Assembly: GCA_017515285.1 (NCBI GenBank)
Contig: JAFWGN010000007.1
Location: 48,921-112,920 of the forward strand
Reading direction: 5' to 3'
Origin: Candidatus Saccharimonadota bacterium
GTDB lineage: Bacteria; Patescibacteriota; Saccharimonadia; Saccharimonadales; Saccharimonadaceae
Length of the DNA stretch: 64,000 bases
In this document: positions 8,234 to 17,754 of the stretch, one piece after another
Layout: the number at the start of each line of letters is the position of its first letter
How positions within the stretch are numbered: position 1 is the first letter of the stretch
The notes under the pieces: model-generated
The model's database searches: none
Seen by the model: the letters and a program-made list of their open reading frames with translations, nothing else
Told to the model about the DNA's origin: nothing
Made by a program: the position numbers and the translations under genes

Positions 8234-9490
8234 TTATAATACCTCCTTATTGTTTAGATAGGGTTTCAAAACATCCGGAACGATTAAGGTCCCGTCACTG
8301 TTAGCGTAGTTTTCTAAAACGGCGACTATGGCGCGGGCGAGAGAGATGGCGGTGCCGTTTAAAGTGTGGACAAATTCGATAGAGCCGTTTTTTCTGCGGA
8401 CGCGACAGTTGACGGCGCGAGCTTGGAAGTCGGTGCAGTTGGAGCAGCTCGTTAGTTCTTGGTATTTTTGATTCACGGGGGACCAATATTCCAAATCGTA
8501 TTTTTTAGCGGCGGGGGCGCCTAGATCGCCAGCGGCGATGTTGATAATGTGGTAGGGGATTTTGAGGGATTGCCAGATGTCTTCTTCGATTTTCAGAATC
8601 TTCTCATGGATTTCTTTGCTTTGTTCGGAGAGACAGAAAGCGTACATTTCGAGTTTGTTGAATTGGTGGACGCGGAAGAGGCCACGGGTGTATTTTCCGT
8701 AGGCGCCGGCTTCTTTGCGGAAGCAGGCGGAGTAGCCGGCGTAGAAGAGGGGTAACTTTTCTTCGTCGAGGATTTCGTCCATGTGGTAGCCGGTGAGGGG
8801 CATCTCGGCGGTGGCGATGAGAGCCAGGTCTTCGCCTTCGATGTAGTATTCGTCGGATTGGTCGGAAGTGCGTGGGTTAAAGCCACAGCCTTCGAGAACT
8901 TTGCTCGAGACGAGGTCCGGGACGGTCATGAAGGTAAAGCCGTGCTCTAAAACTTTTTTCAGGCCAAATTGGAGAAGGGCGTTCTCAAGAAGGGCGAGGC
9001 CATCTTTCAAGTAATAGAACTTGGCTCCGGCGACTTTGGCGCCGCGTTCGAAGTCAACCCAGTCGCGGCTGATGGCGAAGTCGAGGTGGTCGACGGCATC
9101 TTCGCCTTTACGAGGTTCGCCCCATTTTTTAACTTCGACGGAACACTCTTCGCCGCCAAGGGGGACGTCGTCAAAGATGATGTTCGGGACGCGCTTTAAG
9201 AAGGTTTTTAGCTCTGACTCTTTTTCAGTGAGTTCTTTTTCGAGCGTTTGAAGTTCTTCTTTGATTTTTCGACCTTCGTCGATTAAACTTTGGTCGGGCT
9301 TACCCTTGACGCCCTTCAATTTGGCGGCGTTATCGTTCTTGGATTTTCTTAATTCTTCGACCTTTTTCAGGGTTTCTTTACGAGAGTCGTCGAGAGAGAG
9401 AAGATTGTCGAAGTCTAGTTTGTAGCCTTTTTCTTTGGCTGATTCTTCAACGAGGGAAAGGTTATTGCGGATGAAGTTGATGTCTAACAT
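8234..9490 (-). CDS. serS: Seryl-tRNA synthetase
   Basis: Class II aaRS SerS sequence begins MLDINFIRNN. The track ORF extends 35 codons upstream, but the internal ATG (complement of 9488-9490) is preceded by TATAAT 6 nt upstream, so the start was reassigned. Confidence 0.9.
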   Translation of the reverse strand: MLDINFIRNNLSLVEESAKEKGYKLDFDNLLSLDDSRKETLKKVEELRKSKNDNAAKLKGVKGKPDQSLIDEGRKIKEELQTLEKELTEKESELKTFLKRVPNIIFDDVPLGGEECSVEVKKWGEPRKGEDAVDHLDFAISRDWVDFERGAKVAGAKFYYLKDGLALLENALLQFGLKKVLEHGFTFMTVPDLVSSKVLEGCGFNPRTSDQSDEYYIEGEDLALIATAEMPLTGYHMDEILDEEKLPLFYAGYSACFRKEAGAYGKYTRGLFRVHQFNKLEMYAFCLSEQSKEIHEKILKIEEDIWQSLKIPYHIINIAAGDLGAPAAKKYDLEYWSPVNQKYQELTSCSNCTDFQARAVNCRVRRKNGSIEFVHTLNGTAISLARAIVAVLENYANSDGTLIVPDVLKPYLNNKEVL

Positions 9491-9536
9491 GATTAGATTA
9501 TAGCATATTGAGCAGAAAGTCGGTAGGGTTCTTTTT

Positions 9537-11417
9537 TTACCACCCCCCGCCTCCGCCACCTCCCCCGCCTCCGCCGGAGAAACCGCCACCACCACCGCCT
9601 GAGAATCCGGAGGAAGAGCCGGAAGAACTGGTCATCGTCGAGCTTGAGATGGTTGAGGAGACGTAGGAGTTGAAGACGCGGAAGTCCCTCGATGAGAGGA
9701 TGACGCCGTGGTTAATCCAGGTTGGGTCGGAGACGTCGGCCATTTGGTAGTATTTGTTGAGTTCGTTCATCCAAGAATCTTCAATGCCGAAGAGAACGGC
9801 GTAAGGGAGGAGGCGTTCATACAGCTTGACGATACCATTGCTGGTAGTGTCGGCGCCTTTGACGGATTGAAGAAACTTTAGACGGTCGGCTTCGGCGAGT
9901 TGCATATATTCCTTGAGGCCGTCGAGGTATTTACTCGCCTTGATACCCTCGAGGGTGCGCTGTTTGTATTTATAGGTGCTAGCGGCGATGGCGATGATGC
10001 TAATAAAGAAAACAATGGTGGCGACTACGGAATAGATGATGGCGGGGGCTTGACCAACATAGAGGGTGTTTGGGTGGCTCAAAACGGAGGTAAAGAAGCT
10101 GCTTGAGAAGAACTCGAGGATTAGTGACGGGAAAGCAAAACCGAAGATTAGAATAAAAATGACGATGGCGATAACGACGGTTGAGGATTTGCTGCTTGTG
10201 GATTTTTCGCGGAGACCTTTTTTCTCGAGACTATCCTCGATTTTTTCGGTGTAGGACTTTGCGAGAAGTTGGAGCGTGGCGGTGGCGGTATGTTTTTTGA
10301 CTTCGATGACGTCGCCGGCGGAGACGCTGGAACCGCCGTTCAGAATCTTTAGGACTATTTCTTGCTCGTCGGCAACGTCGGTTAAATCTTTAACGTGAAC
10401 TTTCCATTTGTAACCGCCGAACGTTTTTTTCTCGCCACGTTCGAGTTCGATTTTGTGGCTCGTGGCGAGTTCGATGAGAGAGGCGACATTGAGCGAGCCT
10501 TGGACGGATTTTAAGTAGTTCGTACCCATTTCGGCGACGGTGAAGCCGCGGAGGGGGATGTATTGGACGGGGACGGTTTTATCTTTTGCGAGTTTTATCT
10601 TGTCGCTTTGTTTGGAGCGGCGTTTCATGAGGAGGAAAATAATGACGGCGAAGATGGCGGTCAAAACGACGGCGATAATGATGTAGAGATAACTCTTTTT
10701 TTGGACGGCGGCAGCAAAAGTGCCGTGCTCGAAAGTTGCGTTCATGGTAAGGTTTTCACCGGGGGCGAGGTTTTTGGTTTGAAAAGTAATAAGCGTTTCA
10801 GTTGAGGTCTTTTCAATTGAAGTTGCGCAACGGCCATCTTCGGATTCACCATAGGAGCCGACGTAACAACTGATGGGGTCGGTGGTCATTCTTTCTGCGA
10901 CGGCGTTCGGGAGATGGAGACGGGAGGTTAGGGCTCCGAAGGGTTGGTCCCAGGAGGTTCCGTTTGTGTCCCAGTAGAGTTCTTGATAATCAACGTCGGC
11001 GTATTGCATAATGACGTCGGTGTAGGTGTAGGCGATGTCGTATTTGACGTCGCCATAGACATATTTATTGGCGTCGCCGATACGGAGACAGACGAAGCCG
11101 TCGGAAGTTGCGATTTTTGAAAAGTTTGCCGGAGAATCATTTTGCTTAACCGTGATTGAATCGAGGTCAATACCGCCACCGGTGCGGTAGTAGTGAGGGA
11201 TACAGCGTTCGATACCGTGATTCTGGTTTTGAACGGTAAAAGAGGCGATGAGAGATTCTTTGATGTCGAGACTGGCGTGTTTTTCTTCGTCGGTTCTTAA
11301 ATAATAGTCGCCTTCGAAGGACTTGAAAGAGAAGTTGTTGGCAGAGGCGAAAGCGGTCGGTGCACTAAAAAGTGTTAAAGTTATTACTGGGAGTAGGGTT
11401 AAAAATAACTTTTTCAT
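9537..11417 (-). CDS. DUF2207-family membrane protein with Gly-rich C-terminal tail
   Basis: Signal peptide MKKLFLTLLPVITLTLFSAPTAFA, an extracellular domain, a TM segment, a cytoplasmic middle domain, a further TM cluster, and a C-terminal SGGGGGGFSGGGGGGGGGGGW tail. The start was moved to the internal ATG preceded by TATAAT. Confidence 0.65.
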   Translation of the reverse strand: MKKLFLTLLPVITLTLFSAPTAFASANNFSFKSFEGDYYLRTDEEKHASLDIKESLIASFTVQNQNHGIERCIPHYYRTGGGIDLDSITVKQNDSPANFSKIATSDGFVCLRIGDANKYVYGDVKYDIAYTYTDVIMQYADVDYQELYWDTNGTSWDQPFGALTSRLHLPNAVAERMTTDPISCYVGSYGESEDGRCATSIEKTSTETLITFQTKNLAPGENLTMNATFEHGTFAAAVQKKSYLYIIIAVVLTAIFAVIIFLLMKRRSKQSDKIKLAKDKTVPVQYIPLRGFTVAEMGTNYLKSVQGSLNVASLIELATSHKIELERGEKKTFGGYKWKVHVKDLTDVADEQEIVLKILNGGSSVSAGDVIEVKKHTATATLQLLAKSYTEKIEDSLEKKGLREKSTSSKSSTVVIAIVIFILIFGFAFPSLILEFFSSSFFTSVLSHPNTLYVGQAPAIIYSVVATIVFFISIIAIAASTYKYKQRTLEGIKASKYLDGLKEYMQLAEADRLKFLQSVKGADTTSNGIVKLYERLLPYAVLFGIEDSWMNELNKYYQMADVSDPTWINHGVILSSRDFRVFNSYVSSTISSSTMTSSSGSSSGFSGGGGGGFSGGGGGGGGGGGW

Positions 11418-11505
11418 AATACTATTATAGCACATACTTGCTTGTGGTTGATGGCTCGTTTGCGGCTTCGAATAGTTCTTTAATATTTCGAAAACTATTT
11501 GAGTT

Positions 11506-12423
11506 TTAACTTCGAACTCGGAGTTCTTTAATGGCGGCTTTCAGAGTGTTGGCGGATTTTTGGTATTTAATTCCCTCTTCTTCAGACATTTTGACGTCGA
11601 GGCGTTTGATTACGCCGCGGCGACCAATGATGGTTGGGAAGCCGATGAAGAGACCTTGGTAGTCGTCGAAACTCGAGACGGGGAGGACGCGACGCTCGTC
11701 GTTTAAGATGCTTCCTAAAATGTGCGTCGCGCAGACGCCGATGCCGTAGTGAGTGGCGCCTTTTTTATTAATGATTTCGTAGGCTTCGTTGCGAGCGCGG
11801 TCTTCGAGCTCGTCAAGGGCGGGTTTTTTCAACATGGTGGCTATGGGTTGGCCGGAGATGTTGGCGGTTGACCAGAGGGCAAATTCGGTGTCGCCGTGTT
11901 CGCCGACTTGGTAGGCGGAGATTGATTTTGGGTTGATGTTTAGGCGCTCGGAAAGGTGGAGGCGAAGACGGGCGGAGTCGAGGACGGTACCACTTCCGAT
12001 AATGTGGTCGGAAGGTAAGCCGGAATATTTCCAGGTCAAAAAAGTCATGACGTCCATGGGGTTTGTAACGACGAGGAAGATGCCACGGAAGCCGTTTTGC
12101 ATGATTTCTTTAACCATTGGGTGGAAGATGCTGGCGTTTTTCTTGAGTAAGTCGAGGCGGGTTTCGCCGGGTTTTTGGTTGGCGCCGGCGGTGATGATGA
12201 TGACGTCGCAACTTCTGGCGTCTTTATAAGTTCCGGATTTTATTTTTAGGTAGCTTGGAGCAACGGCGAGCGCGTCGCGAAGATCCATGGCTTCGCCTTC
12301 GGCGTCGGCGGTGTTAATATCGACAAGAACGAGTTCGTTGACGGCGGTGCGTTGGTTAACTAAAGAGTAAGCAATCGAAGCGCCGACGTTACCGGTTCCG
12401 ATAATCATGACTTTGTTGGACAT
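11506..12423 (-). CDS. ldh: L-lactate dehydrogenase (LDH/MDH family)
   Basis: MSNKVMIIGTGNVGASIAYSL (Rossmann GxGxxG); DVIIITAGANQKPGETRLDLL is the LDH catalytic loop region. The start was reassigned to the internal ATG (complement of 12421-12423) preceded by TATAAT. Confidence 0.85.
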   Translation of the reverse strand: MSNKVMIIGTGNVGASIAYSLVNQRTAVNELVLVDINTADAEGEAMDLRDALAVAPSYLKIKSGTYKDARSCDVIIITAGANQKPGETRLDLLKKNASIFHPMVKEIMQNGFRGIFLVVTNPMDVMTFLTWKYSGLPSDHIIGSGTVLDSARLRLHLSERLNINPKSISAYQVGEHGDTEFALWSTANISGQPIATMLKKPALDELEDRARNEAYEIINKKGATHYGIGVCATHILGSILNDERRVLPVSSFDDYQGLFIGFPTIIGRRGVIKRLDVKMSEEEGIKYQKSANTLKAAIKELRVRS

Positions 12424-12454
12424 ATATATATTATAACATAAGCGTGATGAAAAT

Positions 12455-12482
12455 GGGGGATTTTGAAACAAAAAAATCTCCC
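12455..12482 (-). terminator. Hairpin with downstream U-run after the 12518-13966 gene
   Basis: Minus strand gggagatttttttgtttcaaaatccccc followed by attttc. Confidence 0.35.
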
Positions 12483-12517
12483 GCAACGAGGCGAGAGATT
12501 GAGCGTAGGAAGTGGGT

Positions 12518-13966
12518 TTAGTTTAGGGACGAACATTCGTCGGCGAGTGCCGCCTTGGCGCTGTCGAATTTCAGGTAGAATTTTACAAGATAGTCCATGG
12601 TTTTCTTGAGGTTTTCTACGAAATCGACATGGTTTTCGCCGCGAATGATGATACTATCGCCTCCGTGACATACCCGGAAACATTTGGCAATGCTCGGGCT
12701 GGGGAGGAGATAGTGTCTGCTGGTCTTGAGGCTAACCTCGACGACGATTTCATTTTTGCCGGTGCCGGTGTACATTCTGTAGGTTCGGGTCTGGGTATAA
12801 ATACCGTGTTCCACGAGGATTTCTCGCGCGTCGGTGTAATGGTTGGACGAGAGATAATCTTTTATGGCGCTCTCGACGCGGTTAAAAGCGGACGTAGTCT
12901 CAATGTCCTGGCGGAGTCGTTCGATTTTCTCCATGAAGGCATTGGTTTCTGAAAGTAAATCCAGATCGTAATTATAGGCGCGATACTGAAAAACGAACGT
13001 CGTGTCGGAGAATTTGAAATAATCTTTAATGTCGGGAAAACGTTCGTTAACAAGACGAATGAACTGTTCACGGTTTTTCGCATAAGACATTGCGAGATTG
13101 ACTTTTTCGTGTTTCTCGCGCTCTTCATCGCCTCTCTGCTCGAGGCAAGAATAAGTCTCGTAGAAGATAATCTTATCGTAGATGGCCTGGTAGATTCCGC
13201 GGTCCGTTTCGGGCTGTGGGACGAGGGAGACGCGATATTCGCGAGTCTTGGTGTAGTTTACGGCATCAAATACCGGTAAACTAGTGATAGGAAAAATCAT
13301 GAAGAACCCGTCGTGTCCCGCAAAGTCGGCACCCGTACCGTGTATCAAATTCGAATCGTTGAACTGGAGAGTGACGAGGCCGTCGTTGCGGAAGCCGTAC
13401 TCGCCGTCGCTACAATAATCGTATTCGACAAGGATTTCCGAGGCGTCTTCCGGTCGGAGTGTTTCTTCGAAAACGATGGCATCGTAGGATGCCTTTGCGC
13501 GGTGTTTGCCGAAATGGATGCCCTTGAGGCGAATCCCGTAACCGTCATGATATGAAAAGGCTTCTTTGGTGAAGTTTTCTTCAAAATAGTAGTTGCAGCT
13601 GCGAATCATTCTGATCCAAGCTGGCGACGAGAGAAGATAGCCTCCGAAATCGTAGCAATCAGAAGACAGCGATCCGCGTTCTTCTAATGGGTGTGAGCCA
13701 ATAGAGGCGTAGGGAGCGGGTTTTCTGAAAGCGACGATAAGTGAAGGGGTATCGACGTTCTGGTAGCCGGTTTTGAAGACGAAGTTTGCATTTTCGCCGT
13801 GGCAAGAGTGGGCTTTCGAGTCCGAAGCGGGTAAAGCGCTTCTTGTGAAGTGAAAGCCGCCACTTTTAACGGCGACAGAGGCCACGTCGGCGTATTCCAG
13901 GAGAAGGTCTTTCATGTCGGGAACGTAGGGATAATCAGCAATTTTAAGAGGGGTTCTGAAGTCCAT
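12518..13966 (-). CDS. Hypothetical cytoplasmic protein (482 aa), no recognisable domain
   Basis: Long ORF with a good RBS (gagaaaggaagtactactATG) at the second in-frame ATG. No TM segments and no motif I can assign. Confidence 0.5.
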   Translation of the reverse strand: MDFRTPLKIADYPYVPDMKDLLLEYADVASVAVKSGGFHFTRSALPASDSKAHSCHGENANFVFKTGYQNVDTPSLIVAFRKPAPYASIGSHPLEERGSLSSDCYDFGGYLLSSPAWIRMIRSCNYYFEENFTKEAFSYHDGYGIRLKGIHFGKHRAKASYDAIVFEETLRPEDASEILVEYDYCSDGEYGFRNDGLVTLQFNDSNLIHGTGADFAGHDGFFMIFPITSLPVFDAVNYTKTREYRVSLVPQPETDRGIYQAIYDKIIFYETYSCLEQRGDEEREKHEKVNLAMSYAKNREQFIRLVNERFPDIKDYFKFSDTTFVFQYRAYNYDLDLLSETNAFMEKIERLRQDIETTSAFNRVESAIKDYLSSNHYTDAREILVEHGIYTQTRTYRMYTGTGKNEIVVEVSLKTSRHYLLPSPSIAKCFRVCHGGDSIIIRGENHVDFVENLKKTMDYLVKFYLKFDSAKAALADECSSLN

Positions 13967-14108
13967 AGTAGTACTTCCTTTCTCGAAAAATAAATGTGCG
14001 TCCATCAGGTCAGTCGACAGACCGAACTATTATAACACATTTTTGGCGATTTGAAAAGCCTTTTTTGGAAGCCCGCTGGTTAAGCGGGCGGGCAGAGTGG
14101 CGGGGGGA

Positions 14109-15707
14109 CTAAGCGGATTTTGATTTGATGATTGGGAAAGGGACGGCTTCGCGGCCAGAGACACCCTCGAGAAGCCAGAAGTTTCGCTCACTGTTCCCCC
14201 AACCGCAGGCGGGAGGCATGCCGTATTCGAGCATCTCCACGAAGTCCATGTCGAGCATCTGCGCTTCGGAGTCGCCGGCGTCGCGGGCGGCTTGTTGTTC
14301 CTTGAAACGTTCGAGTTGGTCGAGTGGGTCGTTTAACTCGCTAAAACCGTTCCCCATTTCGGTTCCGGCGATGACGGGGTGGAAGCGTTCGGTGACGCGG
14401 GGGTTTTCGGGGTTTTTCTTGGCGAGAGGAGAGAGTTCAAGTGGTTCTTCGACGAGCCAGAACGGGCCGGCGGAGCGCTTTCTGATTAGTTTCCAGACGT
14501 GGTCGATGAGGTGAGGGGTGGTCGCGGTCTCTAAAGTGTGCTCGAGAGATTTTTTGGCGGCGCTATCGTTCTTGTCTTCGGATTTTTTGAATTCGTCGCG
14601 GAGGATTTGTTTTAGTTGTTCCCTTTCGGGGTTAAAAACATCGACTCCGTATTCTTGTTTTAAAAGGTCGGCGTATTTGACGCGAGGCCAAGGTTTCCCG
14701 CCGTTTTCGAGGTCGATGTCGAAATCTTGGACGTGGAACTTCAAAGTCCCCCAAGTTTCACTCGCGACGTATTTAATCATTTCTTCATAAAGGGTCATGC
14801 CGTCTTCGTAATCTTCGAAAGCGGCGTACGACTCAAAGGCGATGTGTTCCGGGAGGTGTTCGTCGTCGATGCCTTCGTTTCTAAAGCGCGGGCCGATGTC
14901 GAAGACTTTTTCGAAGCCGCCACCAAGGAGACGCTTTAAGGGGAGTTCGTGGGAAATTCGGAGGTAGAAGTCTTCATCCAAGGCGTCCATGTGGGTCGTG
15001 AAAGGGGTAGCGTCGGCGCCGCCGGTTGTGTGTTCTAAAACGGGGATGTTGATTTCGATAAAGCCGTGGTCGAGCATAAATTTGCGGGTGGCTTGCCAGA
15101 ATTTGCTTCTTCTAATGAGGCGTTCGCGAACTTCGGGGTTGACGTTCATGTCAACGTAGCGGCGGCGGTAGCGTTCTTCCTTGTTGGTGAAGCCATCGCG
15201 GCCGGGGAGCGGGCGGAGGGTCTTTCCGAGGAGCCGTAATTCATTTGAGAAAACGGAGATTTCGCCGGTTGAGCTCTTTCCAACTTTTCCGGTCGCCTCG
15301 ACGAAGTCGCCGGAGTCGAGAAGCTTCAAAGAACGAACGCCGAAACGCCCGTCCTTCAACCCTGTTCGCTCGCGCCCGTCGTTACGGGGCTCGCTCACTT
15401 CGAAATTCTCGTAAGAATTTCGGGACACGGTTTCAGTACGGACTTTTTCGGCGTCTTTTACCTGCATGAAAATCTGGATTTCGCCGGAATCGTCGCGGAT
15501 TTTAACGAAGGCGAGTTTACCGAAAGAGCGAATAGCGGTGATACGACCGGCGACGGTGACGGTTTTTTCGTTCTTCTCGTCGAAGTTACCAAGGATTTCG
15601 CCGATTTTGGTGTCGCGGAAGGATTTTGCCGGATACGGGTCGATATGTAGCGCTTTGATTTCTTCGAGCTTGCGGAGACGCTCGTTTCTGTAATCTTCTA
15701 TTGTCAT
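14109..15707 (-). CDS. lysS: Lysyl-tRNA synthetase (class II) carrying an in-frame inserted peptide in the anticodon-binding domain
   Basis: Class II core motifs (FYLRISHELPLKRLLGGGFEKVFDIGPRFRNEG; GGADATPF). There are about 30 extra residues (..VSEPRNDGRERTGLKDGRF..) in the N-terminal OB domain, encoded by the repeat at 15369-15393. Confidence 0.95.
   Translation of the reverse strand: MTIEDYRNERLRKLEEIKALHIDPYPAKSFRDTKIGEILGNFDEKNEKTVTVAGRITAIRSFGKLAFVKIRDDSGEIQIFMQVKDAEKVRTETVSRNSYENFEVSEPRNDGRERTGLKDGRFGVRSLKLLDSGDFVEATGKVGKSSTGEISVFSNELRLLGKTLRPLPGRDGFTNKEERYRRRYVDMNVNPEVRERLIRRSKFWQATRKFMLDHGFIEINIPVLEHTTGGADATPFTTHMDALDEDFYLRISHELPLKRLLGGGFEKVFDIGPRFRNEGIDDEHLPEHIAFESYAAFEDYEDGMTLYEEMIKYVASETWGTLKFHVQDFDIDLENGGKPWPRVKYADLLKQEYGVDVFNPEREQLKQILRDEFKKSEDKNDSAAKKSLEHTLETATTPHLIDHVWKLIRKRSAGPFWLVEEPLELSPLAKKNPENPRVTERFHPVIAGTEMGNGFSELNDPLDQLERFKEQQAARDAGDSEAQMLDMDFVEMLEYGMPPACGWGNSERNFWLLEGVSGREAVPFPIIKSKSA
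15360..15420. repeat. GC-rich hairpin repeat (RPE-like) copy inside lysS coding sequence
   Basis: A 25-nt core ctcgcgcccgtcgttacggggctcg (15369-15393) is identical to 49063-49087 in dnaX. It is followed by a perfect 9-bp-stem hairpin cgaaattct cgta agaatttcg. Confidence 0.6.
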
Positions 15708-15729
15708 AATTACGATAATTATATCATAA

Positions 15730-16449
15730 TTATATGAAACCGACCAGATAGACGAGGACGAAGGCGATGGTGTTTTTTAGCATGTGTAGCAAAATGCCGG
15801 AATAGGTAGTTCCGGTGATTTCGCGGAGGGTGCAGAGGACGAGACTCATCGCGAAGACATTGACACCAACATTCCATTGACCGTGCATTAAACCAAAGAG
15901 GATCGAGACCAGGAGTGAGCTTAAAACTATCGAGAGTTTTTTGCCGGGGATGAGTTTGCGGAGCTTATCGTAGAGCCAACCGCGGAAGGTGAGTTCTTCG
16001 GCGATGGGGGCGATGATACAGAGGGCGAAATAAGCAACGAGGCGGTCGAAGCCGGTGATGAGGTTGTAACCGAGTTCTTGGGTTTGGCTTGCGTCGAAGA
16101 AGGAGAAATTTGAAAAAAGGTTCATGAGAATCATAGCGAGAATTAAGTAGGCGATAAAACCGGCGACAACGAGTCCAAGGTCGGTCCAGGTTAAAAGACC
16201 TTCAAGCCCGAGGTCTTTTCGGGTCGGGGGGCGCATTTTTTTGAATTTGACGGGGAGAAAAACGGTTAGGAAAAAGGCGGTCGCGTAGATTAAGGCGTTT
16301 ACGACAGTGGTCCAGACGGGGGTTTGGAGCGTTTCGCGACCGAGGAGGAAATAGAAAAGGTAGGCGAGAATGATTTCGGTCAAGAGCATGACGCCACCGG
16401 TCCAGAGGAGAAGTCCGAAAATCTTAGCGATTGTTTTGAGGTGTTTCAT
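15730..16449 (-). CDS. CPBP family intramembrane metalloprotease (CAAX protease/Abi family)
   Basis: A polytopic membrane protein with EELTFRG (the EExxxR motif) and a downstream conserved His (GLMHGQWN). Confidence 0.75.
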   Translation of the reverse strand: MKHLKTIAKIFGLLLWTGGVMLLTEIILAYLFYFLLGRETLQTPVWTTVVNALIYATAFFLTVFLPVKFKKMRPPTRKDLGLEGLLTWTDLGLVVAGFIAYLILAMILMNLFSNFSFFDASQTQELGYNLITGFDRLVAYFALCIIAPIAEELTFRGWLYDKLRKLIPGKKLSIVLSSLLVSILFGLMHGQWNVGVNVFAMSLVLCTLREITGTTYSGILLHMLKNTIAFVLVYLVGFI

Positions 16450-16451
16450 CG

Positions 16452-17732
16452 TTAGAAGAGTTTAATGATGTCCATGATGGTAATGATTATCATTAGGATA
16501 ATGAGGAAAACGAAGGCTTTGGAGATGATTCGTTGTTCGGTTTCTTGGGAAAGTTTTTTGCGGCGCAGGCGGCAGAGGAAAATCATAAACCAACGGCCAC
16601 CGTCGAGGGCGGGAATGGGGAGGACATTCATGCAAGCGAGAGAAATGGAGATGATGGCGGTGAAGAGGAAGATGTAGGTTGGTCCGGAGGAGAGGAGACT
16701 CGGGAAGTAATTTCCGACGATGCCGACGACGCCAGAGACGCTGTTGCCGGCGCTTTCGAGTTGCGCTTTGCCTTCTTCGCGGACAGATTCTCTCGAGGAG
16801 ATTTGGCGGGCGGTGCCGGTGACGAGGTTGACGACGAGATTGCCGAGGCCTTCGAAAGTTTCGCCGGTGAGTTGGACGGTAAGTCCGGCGGCGACGAGGG
16901 GAGCGGACCAGGTGTAATTATAGGTTGCGTAGGGGCTCGACATGGTAACGCCGAGGAGATATTCTGCGCCGGATTCGTTGAGGGTAACGGTGAGGGTTTG
17001 TTTGTTGTGGTAAGTAATTGGTTCGCAGGGGGCTTTAATACAGTTGGGCTGCTCTTCTACTTGGCGCGAGACGGCGTATTCGACGGTTTCGCCGGCGTTT
17101 TTGTTGTTAAACTCGACGACGTCATTTGAGGTTTTGACTTCGGTGCGGACCCCAGAAGAATCAATTAGTGCGAGGATTTTATCACCAACTTCGAAGCCGG
17201 CTTTGGCGGCGGGGGAATTTTCGAGGACTTTTTCGACGACAACGGAGCCGTCGGCAGTAATGCGCTCATCGGATTTGACGGTGAATTGGTTGGTGGTGAT
17301 TTCGGGGAGGCCAGTCCAACAAAGGACGGTCAAGATTATGAAGGCGACGAGCCAGTTCATTGCGACGCCACCGAAGAGGATCTTGGTTTTCTTCCAGAAG
17401 GAGACGGAGCCGAAAGTGCCGGGACGGGTTTCGTCGTCGGACTCGCCGTCCATGGCGCAGAAGCCGCCGATGGGGAGCCAGTTGAGGCTGAAGATGAGGG
17501 AGTTTTGCTCCTTTTGCCAGTCTTCGCGTTTAATCCTGGTCCACTTTCCCTTTTTCTTCCCTTTTTCGGGCTTGCTCCTAACCCAAGCGATAGCGCGGGG
17601 TGGAAAACCGATTCCGAATTCCTTAACGCGGACGCCGGACCTTCTCGCCATGAGGAAATGGCCGAATTCGTGCGCTGTGATTAGAGCGGTTAAAACCAAT
17701 AACCCGAGGATAACACCTAAAAATATATTCAT
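16452..17732 (-). CDS. rseP: RIP metalloprotease RseP (M50 site-2 protease with PDZ domain)
   Basis: HEFGH zinc motif in the first TM region, a central PDZ-like segment, and a C-terminal LDGG motif (IPALDGGRW). Confidence 0.85.
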   Translation of the reverse strand: MNIFLGVILGLLVLTALITAHEFGHFLMARRSGVRVKEFGIGFPPRAIAWVRSKPEKGKKKGKWTRIKREDWQKEQNSLIFSLNWLPIGGFCAMDGESDDETRPGTFGSVSFWKKTKILFGGVAMNWLVAFIILTVLCWTGLPEITTNQFTVKSDERITADGSVVVEKVLENSPAAKAGFEVGDKILALIDSSGVRTEVKTSNDVVEFNNKNAGETVEYAVSRQVEEQPNCIKAPCEPITYHNKQTLTVTLNESGAEYLLGVTMSSPYATYNYTWSAPLVAAGLTVQLTGETFEGLGNLVVNLVTGTARQISSRESVREEGKAQLESAGNSVSGVVGIVGNYFPSLLSSGPTYIFLFTAIISISLACMNVLPIPALDGGRWFMIFLCRLRRKKLSQETEQRIISKAFVFLIILMIIITIMDIIKLF

Positions 17733-17754
17733 TCTTCTATTTTAGCACAAGCGG

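Noticed and set aside
8234-9595. Long N-terminal extension of serS (MVVAVSPAEAGEVAEAGGG…)
   Set aside because: The extension is the antisense of the DUF2207 Gly-tail region and runs past that gene's stop. A TATAAT-ATG context at 9490 gives a canonical SerS N-terminus (MLDINFIR).
16533-17129. 198-aa plus-strand Gly/Asp/Glu-rich ORF
   Set aside because: Antisense to rseP, which is well supported by HEFGH, PDZ and LDGG; compositional artefact.
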